A stretch of 64,000 nucleotides of DNA from Promethearchaeota archaeon. Lineage in GTDB: Archaea; Asgardarchaeota; Lokiarchaeia; Sigyniarchaeales; SOKP01. Location: NCBI GenBank assembly GCA_016839585.1, contig JAEOTZ010000014.1, positions 1 through 64,000 of the forward strand. Direction: 5' to 3'. The notes beneath the pieces were generated by a model. It saw only the letters and a program-made list of their open reading frames with translations. It did not search any database and was not told the origin of the DNA. Made by a program: the position numbers and the translations under genes. Shown one piece after another: positions 39,409 through 49,742 of this stretch. Positions within the stretch are counted from its first letter, which is position 1. Each line of letters starts with the position of its first letter.

Positions 39409-40260
39409 TCACGTCTCACCGCCACCATAAAGAAAAAAATCTGGTATCAGTGTCGAATTTGGTGCTATTGAATATTTTCCTAGATCAGCGACTCCATTTT
39501 CAATTAAAACTTCATCATCTATGAAAAAATTGCCTGTACACTCTCTACTGGGTTTTGTTAAGATAAAATATGCGGCATCTGCTACGATTTCAGGTTTTCT
39601 TGAGTGTTTAATAGCTTGTTCTCCCCCCAATAAGTTTTTTACAGCCGCTGTTGCTATAGCTGTTCTTGGCCACAATGCATTAACAGCAATCTCATCATTT
39701 TTTAGTTCTTCAGACATTCCCAAAACACACATACTCATTCCATATTTAGACATAGTATAAGCTAAATGATTTGCGAACCATTTTGGATCCATATTTAATG
39801 GAGGTGAAAGATTGAGAATATGGGGGTTTTCAGCGTTTTTTAAATGAGGAATACATAATTTAGAACATAAAAAAGTTCCACGAACATTGACTGAAAACAT
39901 AAGATCAAAACGCTTCATTGGAGTCTGTAGCGTTGGAGTTAAGTTTATTGCACTAGCATCATTAATTAAAGCATCAATTCCACCAAATTTTTTTACTGTA
40001 GCATCCACAGCAGCTTCTACTTGATTTTCAAATCTTATATCAGCAACACATGGAAGTGCTTTACCTCCAGCAGCTTCAATATCTTCAGCAGAACTATAAA
40101 CTGTTCCGGGTAATTTAGGATGAGGCTCACTAGTCTTAGCTACTACAGCAATATTAGCTCCATCTTTGGCCGCTCGTAAAGCAATTGCTTTCCCTATACC
40201 TCTGCTTGCGCCAGTAATAAATAAAGTTTTATTTTTTAAATGTATCATTAAATAATTCAC
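39409..40260 (-). CDS. Short-chain dehydrogenase/reductase (HSDL2-like)
   Basis: ITGASRGIG, PHPKLPGT, YTMSK, NALWPRT. Confidence 0.88.
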   Translation of the reverse strand: MNYLMIHLKNKTLFITGASRGIGKAIALRAAKDGANIAVVAKTSEPHPKLPGTVYSSAEDIEAAGGKALPCVADIRFENQVEAAVDATVKKFGGIDALINDASAINLTPTLQTPMKRFDLMFSVNVRGTFLCSKLCIPHLKNAENPHILNLSPPLNMDPKWFANHLAYTMSKYGMSMCVLGMSEELKNDEIAVNALWPRTAIATAAVKNLLGGEQAIKHSRKPEIVADAAYFILTKPSRECTGNFFIDDEVLIENGVADLGKYSIAPNSTLIPDFFLYGGGET

Positions 40261-40385
40261 GTTTTTAATTCTTTATTCTACTACATTATATTTTTTTGAT
40301 AATATGATTAATTATATTAAATATCAATGCTGATAAATATCATTTATATTTATAATTTAAAAGTTAGAAATAAAAAAAAGTGCAT

Positions 40386-40973
40386 TTATCCTGTAAAATA
40401 GGAATTTTTAATATTTTTTATGAGAAAATTTACTTTCTTCTTTTCATTGATTGATAAAAGTGTAGGAAACTTACTTTTAATGGATGTGCCATAATAACTA
40501 TTACCAAAAAATGTATTTACTTTAAATATTGTTTCTAATATATACCTTTTACTTCCTAAATGGAGATAAATAGAAATATCATTAATTATTAAAAAATCAG
40601 TCGGATTTTCTTTAAATTTTTTAAGAATTTTGGATATTATTTCATAATTAGAACATATATTTTTATAAAGTTCAGATTTACTTTTAGATTTTAAACGAGG
40701 TGGAATAATTTCTCCTTCAAAGATAAAATTTTTACATTTAATGCTCTCATTATAGTAATCTTGTATTCTTCCACCAATTTTTAAATTCTTGAAAAAAGCT
40801 AATTTGGGAGCAAAATCTAAAATACTAATCTCTTGTGGGTTAATTTTTTTTGACTCTAAAAGAAATTTGACAAATTTTGCGGTATATAATGTTTTTTTTG
40901 TATCAGTTTCTCCATATAATAAAGTAGAACGCCCTATGCATTCGTCGAAATTTAAATAATTAATGAGCTTCAT
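40386..40973 (-). CDS. Hypothetical protein with degenerate P-loop-like motif
   Basis: TLLYGETDTKKT, LDFAP, LIINDISIYLH. Confidence 0.5.
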   Translation of the reverse strand: MKLINYLNFDECIGRSTLLYGETDTKKTLYTAKFVKFLLESKKINPQEISILDFAPKLAFFKNLKIGGRIQDYYNESIKCKNFIFEGEIIPPRLKSKSKSELYKNICSNYEIISKILKKFKENPTDFLIINDISIYLHLGSKRYILETIFKVNTFFGNSYYGTSIKSKFPTLLSINEKKKVNFLIKNIKNSYFTG

Positions 40974-41000
40974 AAAAATTTAATAATGTTAATATTGATG

Positions 41001-41585
41001 TTATTTAAAAAAATCCTCCCATGATATTTCTGCTTTTTTTAATATTGCCAAAATTATAAATCCAATTATACATCCTGGAATACAACTTAAAGCGAATAAA
41101 CCCCAATAAGTCAAAAAACCTTCAAGTGAAAGAATTTTGCCTATTGGCGAAATTAATTGACCAATTGTACCTCCTATGAATACAGTACCTAGTGGTTCTG
41201 TTAAAGCAGCTATTTCCACATGTTTCGGAGCTTTTTTACGCATAATATAAGAGAAAGCTCCCACTACTAATGCGCCTGATATTCCCCCATGAAAGGCGTG
41301 GATTGTTCCAATTGCTAAAGAAAATCGTAAAATAGCTATACCTAATGCAGTTATACATGAAAAAGTGAGCCCAATTAAAACACCAGTTATCGTATTAACA
41401 ATATGGGCAAAAGGGTTAATTTTAGTACCAAATATTAAAAAATAGGCAAACGGATTAAGATAACTTAAGACTAATCCTACTGCTATAAAAATTCCTGTCG
41501 TGGCAATTTTTTTATTTAAAGAAATTTGATATACTCGTTTTTCTTCATTTTCTTTATTCAGATTTAACGAATTGTTTTCACTCAT
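41001..41585 (-). CDS. thiW: ECF transporter S component, ThiW family
   Basis: PFAHIVN..GV..G, GT..AF.GG..GA, EPLGT. Confidence 0.8.
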   Translation of the reverse strand: MSENNSLNLNKENEEKRVYQISLNKKIATTGIFIAVGLVLSYLNPFAYFLIFGTKINPFAHIVNTITGVLIGLTFSCITALGIAILRFSLAIGTIHAFHGGISGALVVGAFSYIMRKKAPKHVEIAALTEPLGTVFIGGTIGQLISPIGKILSLEGFLTYWGLFALSCIPGCIIGFIILAILKKAEISWEDFFK

Positions 41586-41747
41586 TTTTCCATTACTATA
41601 TTAGTTGTAAAGAAAAATAAAGTCTTTTTAAAATTTAAACACATTTTATATAGATTATATGATTTAATTTTTTAAGGTATTAAAAATATTGTTAAATTCA
41701 GAGTAATTACTTCTTTAATTACATCCTTAGAGGTTTGTAAGTAAAAT

Positions 41748-42422
41748 ATGAAAATAGGGGATCATACCATAAATCCTACGAAAATTATATGTGTTGGTAC
41801 TAATTATATGGATCATATCGAGGAAACTCAAATGGATATTCCAAAAGAGCCGGTGTTATTTCCAAAAACTATAAATTGTTTAATCTTAGATAATGAATCT
41901 ATAATATATCCAAAATTACTGTATAACAATCGTAGATATAATAGAGTGGATTATGAAGTAGAATTAGCTTTTATTATAAAAGATAAGTGCAAGCATGTAG
42001 CTTTTGATGATGCATATAATTATATCCTTGGTTATACTGTTTTTAACGATATAACCGCTAGAAAAATGCAAGCTAAAGATATAGTCTCAAAATTACCTTG
42101 GTTTCGCTCTAAATCGTTTGACAGCTTCGCACCTATAGGACCAATTATAAAGGAGGTTGATGAAATCAAAGATCCACATAATCTTAACATTGAATTAAAA
42201 TTAAATGGAGAGATTAAACAATCTTCTAATACAAGATATTTATTATTTAAAGTGCCTGAACTATTAGCTTACATTTCAAAATTTTTCACAATGGAACCTG
42301 GTGATATTATTGCAACTGGTACTCCTAGTGGTATTGGTTCAATAAAACCAGGAGATTTGATTGAAGCTACTATAGAGAAAATTGGAACTCTTAAAAATAA
42401 TGTAATTTTAGAAGGAGAATGA
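41748..42422 (+). CDS. Fumarylacetoacetate hydrolase family protein
   Basis: CVG.NY..H, YEVEL, ND.TAR, KSFD, GD...TGTP.G. Confidence 0.9.
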   Translation: MKIGDHTINPTKIICVGTNYMDHIEETQMDIPKEPVLFPKTINCLILDNESIIYPKLLYNNRRYNRVDYEVELAFIIKDKCKHVAFDDAYNYILGYTVFNDITARKMQAKDIVSKLPWFRSKSFDSFAPIGPIIKEVDEIKDPHNLNIELKLNGEIKQSSNTRYLLFKVPELLAYISKFFTMEPGDIIATGTPSGIGSIKPGDLIEATIEKIGTLKNNVILEGE

Positions 42423-43105
42423 TGTTTAATATGAAAGTAGGAAATTCTACAATTCACCCAACCAAAATAATTTGCTTAGGGAGAAATTATTTAGATCATA
42501 TTCAAGAGACAAAGGCACCTATACCAACAGAACCTGTATTTTTTGCGAAGACTTTAAACACACTTGTTACTAATAATGATCCAATAATATATCCAAAACT
42601 TTTGTATGAAAATCCTAATTACAATAGAGTTGATCATGAAGTAGAACTTGCATTTATTATCTTTCAACCTTGTAAAAACATTTCAGCAGTTAAAGCATAT
42701 GATTATATCAGGGGATATACTATTTTCCTTGATATAACCGCAAGAAAGATGCAAATAAGTGATCGAAACATAAAATTGCCATGGTATAGAAGCAAAAATT
42801 TTGATTCATTCTCAGCTATAGGACCTGAGATAGTTTCCTGCCATGAGATTGAAAATCCTCATAATCTCAAGATTCAATTAAAAGTAAATGGAGAATTAAG
42901 ACAATTTTCTAACACAAAACACATGTTATTTAAAATTCCTGAAATCTTAGAGTATTTATCTAAATTTATAACTTTAAAAGCGGGTGATATAGTTGCAACT
43001 GGAACACCAAGTGGTGTATCACCTATTAAGCCAGGTGATATTATTGAAGCTTCAATTGAAAAAATTGGGACTATAAAACATGAAGTAATCTTAGAGAGTG
43101 ATTAA
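42419..43105 (+). CDS. Fumarylacetoacetate hydrolase family protein (tandem paralog)
   Basis: Same motifs; ATGA overlap with the upstream paralog. Confidence 0.9.
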   Translation: MMFNMKVGNSTIHPTKIICLGRNYLDHIQETKAPIPTEPVFFAKTLNTLVTNNDPIIYPKLLYENPNYNRVDHEVELAFIIFQPCKNISAVKAYDYIRGYTIFLDITARKMQISDRNIKLPWYRSKNFDSFSAIGPEIVSCHEIENPHNLKIQLKVNGELRQFSNTKHMLFKIPEILEYLSKFITLKAGDIVATGTPSGVSPIKPGDIIEASIEKIGTIKHEVILESD

Positions 43106-43209
43106 TCTTTTAAAATTCACATTTAATCAAAGAATATTAAATAATTGATTTATTGAATTATAGTTGTAAACCTAAAAATTTTTTAAATAAAATCATTTTT
43201 TTTTTACTA

Positions 43210-43395
43210 ATGACTTCAGATGTTAATGAAGAAACAAAGAAGGAAATTTTTAGACTAATCTCAACCCCTGGAATTGAGATAGAAGATATTGTAGAACGAG
43301 TAAATCTAGATTATGATAAAGTCATGAAAATCTTGTCTGATGAATATTTACGAAATAATTTAGATTATGGTCGTCGTCTTTGTTGTAGATTTTAA
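43210..43395 (+). CDS. Small helix-turn-helix-like protein ending in RRLCCRF
   Basis: ATG at 43210; IEDIVERVNLDYDKVMKIL HTH-like pattern. Confidence 0.5.
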   Translation: MTSDVNEETKKEIFRLISTPGIEIEDIVERVNLDYDKVMKILSDEYLRNNLDYGRRLCCRF

Positions 43396-43480
43396 TAAAA
43401 CTTTTTAACTTTTATTCATTTTTAAAAATACTAAGTTCAAAATGAATTTTTTAATGGCTTAGGACGTAATAATAATACGG

Positions 43481-43505
43481 TTTCAATATATCATAGATAT
43501 TGAAA
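43481..43505. promoter_or_regulatory. Inverted repeat TTTCAATAT-N7-ATATTGAAA upstream of the rpl11 operon
   Basis: 9-bp perfect arms, but in AT-rich DNA. Confidence 0.3.
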
Positions 43506-43593
43506 TATAAGAAAAGTATTTAATAATCCTATGTTCCTTTGCCTTGAAAAATTGTATTGAATAATATTTTAATTGAAAACTAAAAGGATCAAA

Positions 43594-44091
43594 ATGAGTA
43601 AGAAGGGTAAGGTTGTAGTAAAAGCATTGGTTACAGGTGGAGCCGCATCAGGTGGTCCGCCTATCGGTCCCGCCGTTGGTCCAACAGGAATTAACATTAA
43701 AGACGTTGTTGACGTTGTTAATGAAAAGACAATGATATTTAAAGGATTAACAGTGCCAGTAAGAATTGAATGTGATCCTGAAACGAAACAATTTGAAATA
43801 TTCGTTGAAACACCAAGCACAGCTTCATTGCTTCTAAAAGAACTCGGTGTGGAAAAAGGTTCCTCAAACAGTTTAGAAGATAAAGTAGGAGATTTAACAT
43901 TAGAGCAAATTCAAAATGTAACTAGAGCTAAAAGAGATATTTTTTTGGATATAACTTACAAAACAAGCATAAAGACCGTTTTAGGAACAGCCTTGTCTAT
44001 TGGTGCTACTGTAGAAGGTGAAGATCCAAAAGCGATTCAAAAAAAGCTTGATAATGGAGAATATGATGATATTTTTAAGGAGGAAGAATAA
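43594..44091 (+). CDS. rpl11: 50S ribosomal protein uL11
   Basis: GG.A..GPP.GP, FKGLTVPV, V.TPS...LL, GTA.SIG; ATG at 43594. Confidence 0.95.
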   Translation: MSKKGKVVVKALVTGGAASGGPPIGPAVGPTGINIKDVVDVVNEKTMIFKGLTVPVRIECDPETKQFEIFVETPSTASLLLKELGVEKGSSNSLEDKVGDLTLEQIQNVTRAKRDIFLDITYKTSIKTVLGTALSIGATVEGEDPKAIQKKLDNGEYDDIFKEEE

Positions 44092-44094
44092 AAT

Positions 44095-44823
44095 ATGAAA
44101 GTAGACGATAAATTACTAAGGAGATCCCTTAATGCAGCCATTGAATTTTCGGTTTTAAAAAAAGAAGGACACAAAGATAAAGTAAGGAAATTTGATGAGA
44201 CGATTGATCTCATCTTAAACATTAAAGATGTGAATCTTAATGATCCAAAGGCTAGAATTGATAAAGAATTAATACTTCCAAATTCGGTTATCACAACAGA
44301 TAAACCAAATATCTGTGTAATTGCTTCTGATGAGATATTATTAGAAGCTAAAAAATCAAGTCTTGATACTCTTGATCGTGAAGGTTTAGCAGGGATAAAC
44401 AATGAAGAAAAAAAATATAAGAAAAAATTTGTAAAGAAGTATGACTTCTTTGTAGTTGAGGATAAAGAAATGAGAAATGTTGCTAGGTATCTAGCGCGTT
44501 TTTTAGGACCAATTGGAAAAATGCCTAAACCTTTTCCTAGCGGATATGGGATTATCTCATCAGTAGACGAATTAAATACGGCTATTGAGCGATATAAAAA
44601 GATTATTAGAGTTCAAATGAAGAAACAACCAGTAATCCAAGTAAAAGTTGGTAAAAAATCTATGGATTCAAATGATTTACTTGAAAATATGAAAGCCGTG
44701 GTAGATTATATTATAGATCTAATGCCACATAAATATAATAATATTAAATCAATGTTCTTAAAAACAACAATGGGTCGTCCTATTAGGGTTGATAATGATT
44801 ATCTCACAAGTTTGGGGGTGTAA
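44095..44823 (+). CDS. rpl1: 50S ribosomal protein uL1
   Basis: RKFDETIDL, LGP.GKMP.P, KTTMG. Confidence 0.95.
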   Translation: MKVDDKLLRRSLNAAIEFSVLKKEGHKDKVRKFDETIDLILNIKDVNLNDPKARIDKELILPNSVITTDKPNICVIASDEILLEAKKSSLDTLDREGLAGINNEEKKYKKKFVKKYDFFVVEDKEMRNVARYLARFLGPIGKMPKPFPSGYGIISSVDELNTAIERYKKIIRVQMKKQPVIQVKVGKKSMDSNDLLENMKAVVDYIIDLMPHKYNNIKSMFLKTTMGRPIRVDNDYLTSLGV

Positions 44824-44827
44824 ATAA

Positions 44828-45718
44828 ATGATAAAGAAGAAAGAAGTACCTCAATGGAAATTAGATGAAGTAGATAATTTGGTAAATTTATTTAAGCAAT
44901 ATCGGAATATAGCAGTAATTGATGTTGCACATTTAAACGATAAACAAATTCAAGAAACTCGGAAAATATTAAGGGGAAAGGCAATTATAAGGATGTCTAA
45001 AAAGAATTTACAAATAAGAGCAATTGAACAATTTAAAAATGAATCTAAAAATGAAAATTTAGATGAGTTAGCAAGTAGCATTCCTGGTCAGTCAGCTCTA
45101 TGTTTCACTACCATGGATATTTTTGAATTGAAGAAAACTTTTAATGAAAATGAATATTGGGTACCTGCTAAACCTGATGAAATAACTCCGGTAGATATAT
45201 GGGTACCTGCTGGAGATACAGGATTACCTACAGGTCAAGTTATTTCCGAATTAAATATGATTTTACGTTTACCAACTCGTATTCAAAATGATACTATCTG
45301 GATTAAAGAAGATACAAGAACCCATGGAGCAGGTGATTTTGTAGATGTTAAACAGGCAGCTGTTTTAAAAAAATTGGGTATAACTCCAATAGAATCGTTA
45401 ATAAAGATTCATTTTGCATGGAGCGAAGGAGAAATAATACCAAAGGAAGTTCTATATGTAGACACCAGGGGATTCGAACGAGATATGACTAAAGCCTATA
45501 GAGAGGCGCTCAATATACTTTTTGAAATGCCATTTTATGTGGATGATATGACTGAAGAATATATTCTAAAAGCAATATCCGAAGCTAATACATTAAATGC
45601 TATGATATTTGGAGAGGAAATTCAAGCTGTTGCCGAAACAGAATTAAAAGTTGAAAAAGAAGCCGAAGAAGAACCAGAGGAAGAATCAGAAGTTGGTATT
45701 GGAGGATTATTTGGCTGA
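44828..45718 (+). CDS. rpl10: 50S ribosomal protein uL10/P0
   Basis: PQWK, Q..R..LRG, AGDTG, acidic tail ending GIGGLFG. Confidence 0.92.
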   Translation: MIKKKEVPQWKLDEVDNLVNLFKQYRNIAVIDVAHLNDKQIQETRKILRGKAIIRMSKKNLQIRAIEQFKNESKNENLDELASSIPGQSALCFTTMDIFELKKTFNENEYWVPAKPDEITPVDIWVPAGDTGLPTGQVISELNMILRLPTRIQNDTIWIKEDTRTHGAGDFVDVKQAAVLKKLGITPIESLIKIHFAWSEGEIIPKEVLYVDTRGFERDMTKAYREALNILFEMPFYVDDMTEEYILKAISEANTLNAMIFGEEIQAVAETELKVEKEAEEEPEEESEVGIGGLFG

Positions 45719-45795
45719 TTTGGCTTATAACAATATTATAATATAATAATAAGATGATTTAAAATAAGTAAATATTAAATAGGAGGTTTAAAAAT

Positions 45796-46083
45796 ATGGA
45801 AAGTATTTATGCTGCATTACTGCTTCATAAAGTTGGAGGAAAAATTACGGAAGCAAATGTAGAAAAAGTATTAACTGCTGCGGGTGCAAAAGTAGATAAA
45901 ACTGAAATTACCAAGCTTATTGCAGGATTAAAAGAAACGAAAATAGATGATATCATTAAAAATGCTAGTGCTATGCCAGTAATGGCTTCTCCTGCTGGAG
46001 AAAAAGCTGGGAAAAAGAAGGAAGGAAAGAAGAAAAAAGAAGAAGAGGAAACGGAACCTACAGGTATCGGAAGTCTTTTTTAA
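45796..46083 (+). CDS. rpl12: Ribosomal stalk protein P1/L12
   Basis: YAALLLH..G..ITE.....L.AAG; tail GIGSLF; SD AGGAGG. Confidence 0.95.
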   Translation: MESIYAALLLHKVGGKITEANVEKVLTAAGAKVDKTEITKLIAGLKETKIDDIIKNASAMPVMASPAGEKAGKKKEGKKKKEEEETEPTGIGSLF

Positions 46084-46107
46084 GAAAAGGAAATCTATTA
46101 ATAGTGG

Positions 46108-46141
46108 GTTTTTTTTTATTATTTTTTTTTTAGTTTTTTTT
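46108..46141 (+). terminator. Oligo-T tracts, candidate archaeal terminator of the L11-L1-L10-L12 operon
   Basis: Three long T runs about 25-60 nt after the rpl12 stop. Confidence 0.55.
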
Positions 46142-46303
46142 AACTGATTTATCTATATTGTTTATAAATTTATTTGAATACTCTTTTTGAAACATAAACT
46201 TTTTTTAAAATTCAATTTTTTTTAAATTACTTCTATCAATTTGTGAAGAAAAACTTATTTGATTTATAAAAATAAAGTAAAAGATTCTTAGTACTGATGA
46301 AAC

Positions 46304-47767
46304 ATGGCTGGAAAATTCCTAAAGTTCTTTTCCCCTTTTGTACGTATAATGCCTGAGATTAAGCAGCCCCAAAGGGAGGTTTCCTTTAAGGAGAAGTTCA
46401 TTTGGACTGCTCTTGTTTTAATAATTTACCTAATAATGTCCAACATTCCTCTGTACGGAGTTCAACTTGAAGAGTCCACCGATTATTTTTATTGGCTTCG
46501 GGTAATACTGGCAAGTCAGCGGGGAATGCTAACAGAGTTAGGCATAGGTCCAATTGTTACATCAGGTCTTATTATGCAATTATTATTAGGTTCAAAAATA
46601 ATCAAAGTAAATATGGCTGATCCTTATGATAGAGCTATGTTTACTGGTGCACAAAAAGTACTAGCAATCTTCTTGACAATTTTTAATGCTCTTGCATATT
46701 TAGCAGGAGGAGCATTTGGGGACTTAAGTGCAATTGGAATTGATGGAGCAACATTTATATTTGTACAATTACTTTTCTCTGGAATAATCATAGTATTACT
46801 TGATGAACTACTTCAAAAGGGGTGGGGTATTGGGAGTGGTGTCTCTTTATTCATAGCAGCAGGAGTAGCCGGTCAAATTTTTTGGAATAGTTTTAGTTTT
46901 GTAGGGGATGAGCAAGGAGTACCAAGAGGTATAGTAATTGCATTCTTTTGGGTGCTGTTTGATCGTGATCCTAACACAACTCTCGGTACAATTTTTGCAC
47001 GACAACAATTACCATCATTAATAGGGATTATTACTACAATAATTATATTTTTCATTGTTATTTGGTTTGAGTCTACAAGGGTTGAGATACCGCTTACTTA
47101 TCGGGGTTATAGGGGGTTCAAGGGTAAGTACCCCATGAAATTACTTTATGTCTCTAATATCCCCGTTATCCTTGTATCCGCATTATATGCGAACTTTCTA
47201 TTTTTCGGTCAGCTACTGGCAGGTCCAGATTCTACATTGCGTGATGTCATATCTCCATTTTGGGTTGACTTATTAGGGAGATTTACAGTCCGACAATCTC
47301 CGACAGGTCCGGGAGCTCAATTAATTCCAACAGGTGGATTGATATGGTTACTCACACCCCCTTTAGGATTAGCTGATCTAATTGCAAATCCAGTAAAAGC
47401 GGTAATATATTTACTCATATTTATTTTCTTGTGTATAATGCTTGGGCGCGTTTGGGTCGATGTGAGTGGTTTGGCGCCGCGAGATATCGCGGATCAGATA
47501 ATCGCCTCAAAAATGCAAGTACCGGGGTTCCGGAGTTCCGCAAAGATTGTAGAGCGACTATTAAAAAGATATATACCGACTCTAGTGATCCTCAACGGGA
47601 TTATCATTGCGTGTTTAAGCTTTTTTGCAGATAGTTTGGGGGCGCTTACGTCAGGTACAGGTCTTCTAATAGCGATAGGCATTACGCATCAGTATGTTGA
47701 GTCTATCAGTAAGGAGGTCGCGGCACAACAATATCCCGGCATGCGTGGCTTTCTCGGATTGGATTAG
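46304..47767 (+). CDS. secY: Protein translocase SecY/Sec61-alpha
   Basis: ELGIGPIVTSG, WGIGSGVSLFI, YPMKLLYVSNIPVI, RYIP, GTGLL. Confidence 0.97.
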   Translation: MAGKFLKFFSPFVRIMPEIKQPQREVSFKEKFIWTALVLIIYLIMSNIPLYGVQLEESTDYFYWLRVILASQRGMLTELGIGPIVTSGLIMQLLLGSKIIKVNMADPYDRAMFTGAQKVLAIFLTIFNALAYLAGGAFGDLSAIGIDGATFIFVQLLFSGIIIVLLDELLQKGWGIGSGVSLFIAAGVAGQIFWNSFSFVGDEQGVPRGIVIAFFWVLFDRDPNTTLGTIFARQQLPSLIGIITTIIIFFIVIWFESTRVEIPLTYRGYRGFKGKYPMKLLYVSNIPVILVSALYANFLFFGQLLAGPDSTLRDVISPFWVDLLGRFTVRQSPTGPGAQLIPTGGLIWLLTPPLGLADLIANPVKAVIYLLIFIFLCIMLGRVWVDVSGLAPRDIADQIIASKMQVPGFRSSAKIVERLLKRYIPTLVILNGIIIACLSFFADSLGALTSGTGLLIAIGITHQYVESISKEVAAQQYPGMRGFLGLD

Positions 47768-47919
47768 TAAAACACACTAATCAGTCTAAGAAATTTCAAA
47801 TGAATATTATAATATTATAACTGATTCTAACATTTCTCACACTTACAGAATATCTAATTTTAGGGAACTTTTTCAATCTGAAAAGTTTATAATAATTTCA
47901 AAATAATTAAATAATAGAT

Positions 47920-48522
47920 ATGTTTTTTATGATTTTCAAAAATGCATTTATGGATTGGATTTCAGAACCACCAGGTTCAATGGTCTTTGTTTTATCATTA
48001 GCTTTAGCAACGGGACTAATTAGTTCACTTTTAACAAGATGGTTAGTAGATGCTGAAGAGATTGAAAGGAAGCAAAAACAAATTAAAGCACATGAAGAAG
48101 AAAAAGAAAAAATTATTGATATGGCAGAAACAGATCCAGAGCGATATAGAAAAAATCGTAAGCGGTGGGAACGCAAAGATATGATGTTAAAAAAAACGCA
48201 ACAATCTATGGCTCTTCAGAGATTAAAGCCCACTTGTGTAACTTTTGTCCCTATGATTATTATATTTACACTTGTGAGAATGATTTTCACAAATAATCCG
48301 GTTGCTCTAAGTCCTATGAACGCGAACGATGTTCCTCTCATAGGTCCCTTAATAAGAGCAGGTGCTCTCTGGATTAATTTCACAGCATGGTATTTCCTCT
48401 GTTCACTTGGTATAAGCACTCTATTTCAAAGGTTTTTCAAGCTTCAAACCCAGGCTTCTGGCGGAATAGGAAAGGCATTTGGAGGTACAAAAGGGAAAGG
48501 ATTAGAATTTCCAGATGTATAA
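47920..48522 (+). CDS. EMC3/TMCO1 (DUF106, Oxa1 superfamily) membrane protein
   Basis: TM - coiled coil - KP..VTFVP - WYFLCS; usual position downstream of secY. Confidence 0.85.
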   Translation: MFFMIFKNAFMDWISEPPGSMVFVLSLALATGLISSLLTRWLVDAEEIERKQKQIKAHEEEKEKIIDMAETDPERYRKNRKRWERKDMMLKKTQQSMALQRLKPTCVTFVPMIIIFTLVRMIFTNNPVALSPMNANDVPLIGPLIRAGALWINFTAWYFLCSLGISTLFQRFFKLQTQASGGIGKAFGGTKGKGLEFPDV

Positions 48523-48527
48523 GTTCA

Positions 48528-48631
48528 TGGCGCAGACAGAGGGATTTGAACCCTCGAGTGCAAAGCACACTGGCTTTATGGTATAACAATCCTCTCCAAG
48601 CCAGCGCCGTACCAGGCTTGGCTATGTCTGC
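48528..48631 (-). tRNA. tRNA-Ser(GGA), 18-nt intron at 37/38 (48576..48593), CCA encoded
   Basis: GCAGACA/TGTCTGC acceptor, G73, CTGGC/GCCAG anticodon stem, long variable arm, GAGGG-TTCAAAT-CCCTC; BHB-like junction. Confidence 0.92.
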
Positions 48632-48692
48632 AAAAAAAATTGAGGTAAGTTTAACTTACATTTTAAGATTTGAAATTAATTGAGATTTTTAA

Positions 48693-48965
48693 TTATCTTA
48701 TCGGGATAGAGACAACTTCATTCATTTTTTTTTGTAATTTTGCTTGTTTAATAGCAGTCTCAATTTCTTCATGCGAAGCTCCTTTTTTAATGTTTATTGT
48801 GTCTGTAATCGGTTCAATGTGTCTATAATTAACTCTTCTTCTTCGAATTTTCAATCCATCTATTATTAAATAATTTTTATCTATGATATCAACAATAACA
48901 CAATAATGTCCTGCTTCTCTTCCCGTTGTTTTTATACATATTCTTCCAATATCATAAACACTCAT
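48693..48965 (-). CDS. rpl14e: 50S ribosomal protein eL14
   Basis: IGRIC.K..GREAG..CVIVDIID, RRRVN..HIEP. Confidence 0.95.
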   Translation of the reverse strand: MSVYDIGRICIKTTGREAGHYCVIVDIIDKNYLIIDGLKIRRRRVNYRHIEPITDTINIKKGASHEEIETAIKQAKLQKKMNEVVSIPIR

Positions 48966-49107
48966 ATATAATTCGTCACCAAATTATTTTTAGTTCATTT
49001 ATCTTCACTGAATTTTTAATATTCCAGTAAAGATAAATTATCTATTGTAAATTAAAAAAATATATGTAAAAATAAAATTTTTATGATTTTTAAAAGTTAA
49101 AGATAAG

Positions 49108-49641
49108 TTATAATTTATTTAGAGAGGAGAGAATTCTATTTAAAACTTCTTCAATAGTTAAATTTTGCGTATCAATTATTAAGTCATACATTTTTTTAAT
49201 TTTATCATTATCACTTAAATCAATATTGTATAATTCTTTGAATCTTCTTAATTCTGATTTTTCTCTCAATAGAGTTTCTTTTAGATTATCTTCATATAAT
49301 GTCAGATCTCTTTCAGCCATTCGTTTAACACGAGTTTCTAAAGGACAGGTTAATAGTATTTTAAAATCTGCGATTGGTTCAAGGATATAGCCACTTAATT
49401 GGCTATCAACTATTATATTTCCTTTTTTAGCTATATCTATTATCTTTTTGTCTAATTGTTTATCGATCTCAGGATTTTCTTCTACATAATGAGTAAATTC
49501 TTTTAAAGACATGTTCATATCTTTTGCTAAATCTCGAAATGCTTCACCAGTTGAATAATATTTAATTCCAAGAAATTTAGCTAACTTTTTACCTATTGTT
49601 GATTTCCCAGTGCCATGTAAACCTGAAATCGTTAAAATCAT
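49108..49641 (-). CDS. cmk: Archaeal cytidylate kinase
   Basis: ISGLHGTGKST, G..FR..A, RF..LY.ID. Confidence 0.9.
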   Translation of the reverse strand: MILTISGLHGTGKSTIGKKLAKFLGIKYYSTGEAFRDLAKDMNMSLKEFTHYVEENPEIDKQLDKKIIDIAKKGNIIVDSQLSGYILEPIADFKILLTCPLETRVKRMAERDLTLYEDNLKETLLREKSELRRFKELYNIDLSDNDKIKKMYDLIIDTQNLTIEEVLNRILSSLNKL

Positions 49642-49742
49642 TGTTGTAACTAAAATTTCTAAATAATTTAATAATTTAATTATTGATTCTTAATTTTTAG
49701 AATTTTATTATGAATCATTAAGAATTATAAAATTAAAATTCA

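Noticed and set aside
43375-43395. C-terminal CCRF as a Rab-like prenylation signal
   Set aside because: A four-residue motif on a tiny ORF, with no supporting enzyme in the window
48387-48683. 98-aa ORF
   Set aside because: It overlaps DUF106 out of frame and tRNA-Ser antisense; spurious
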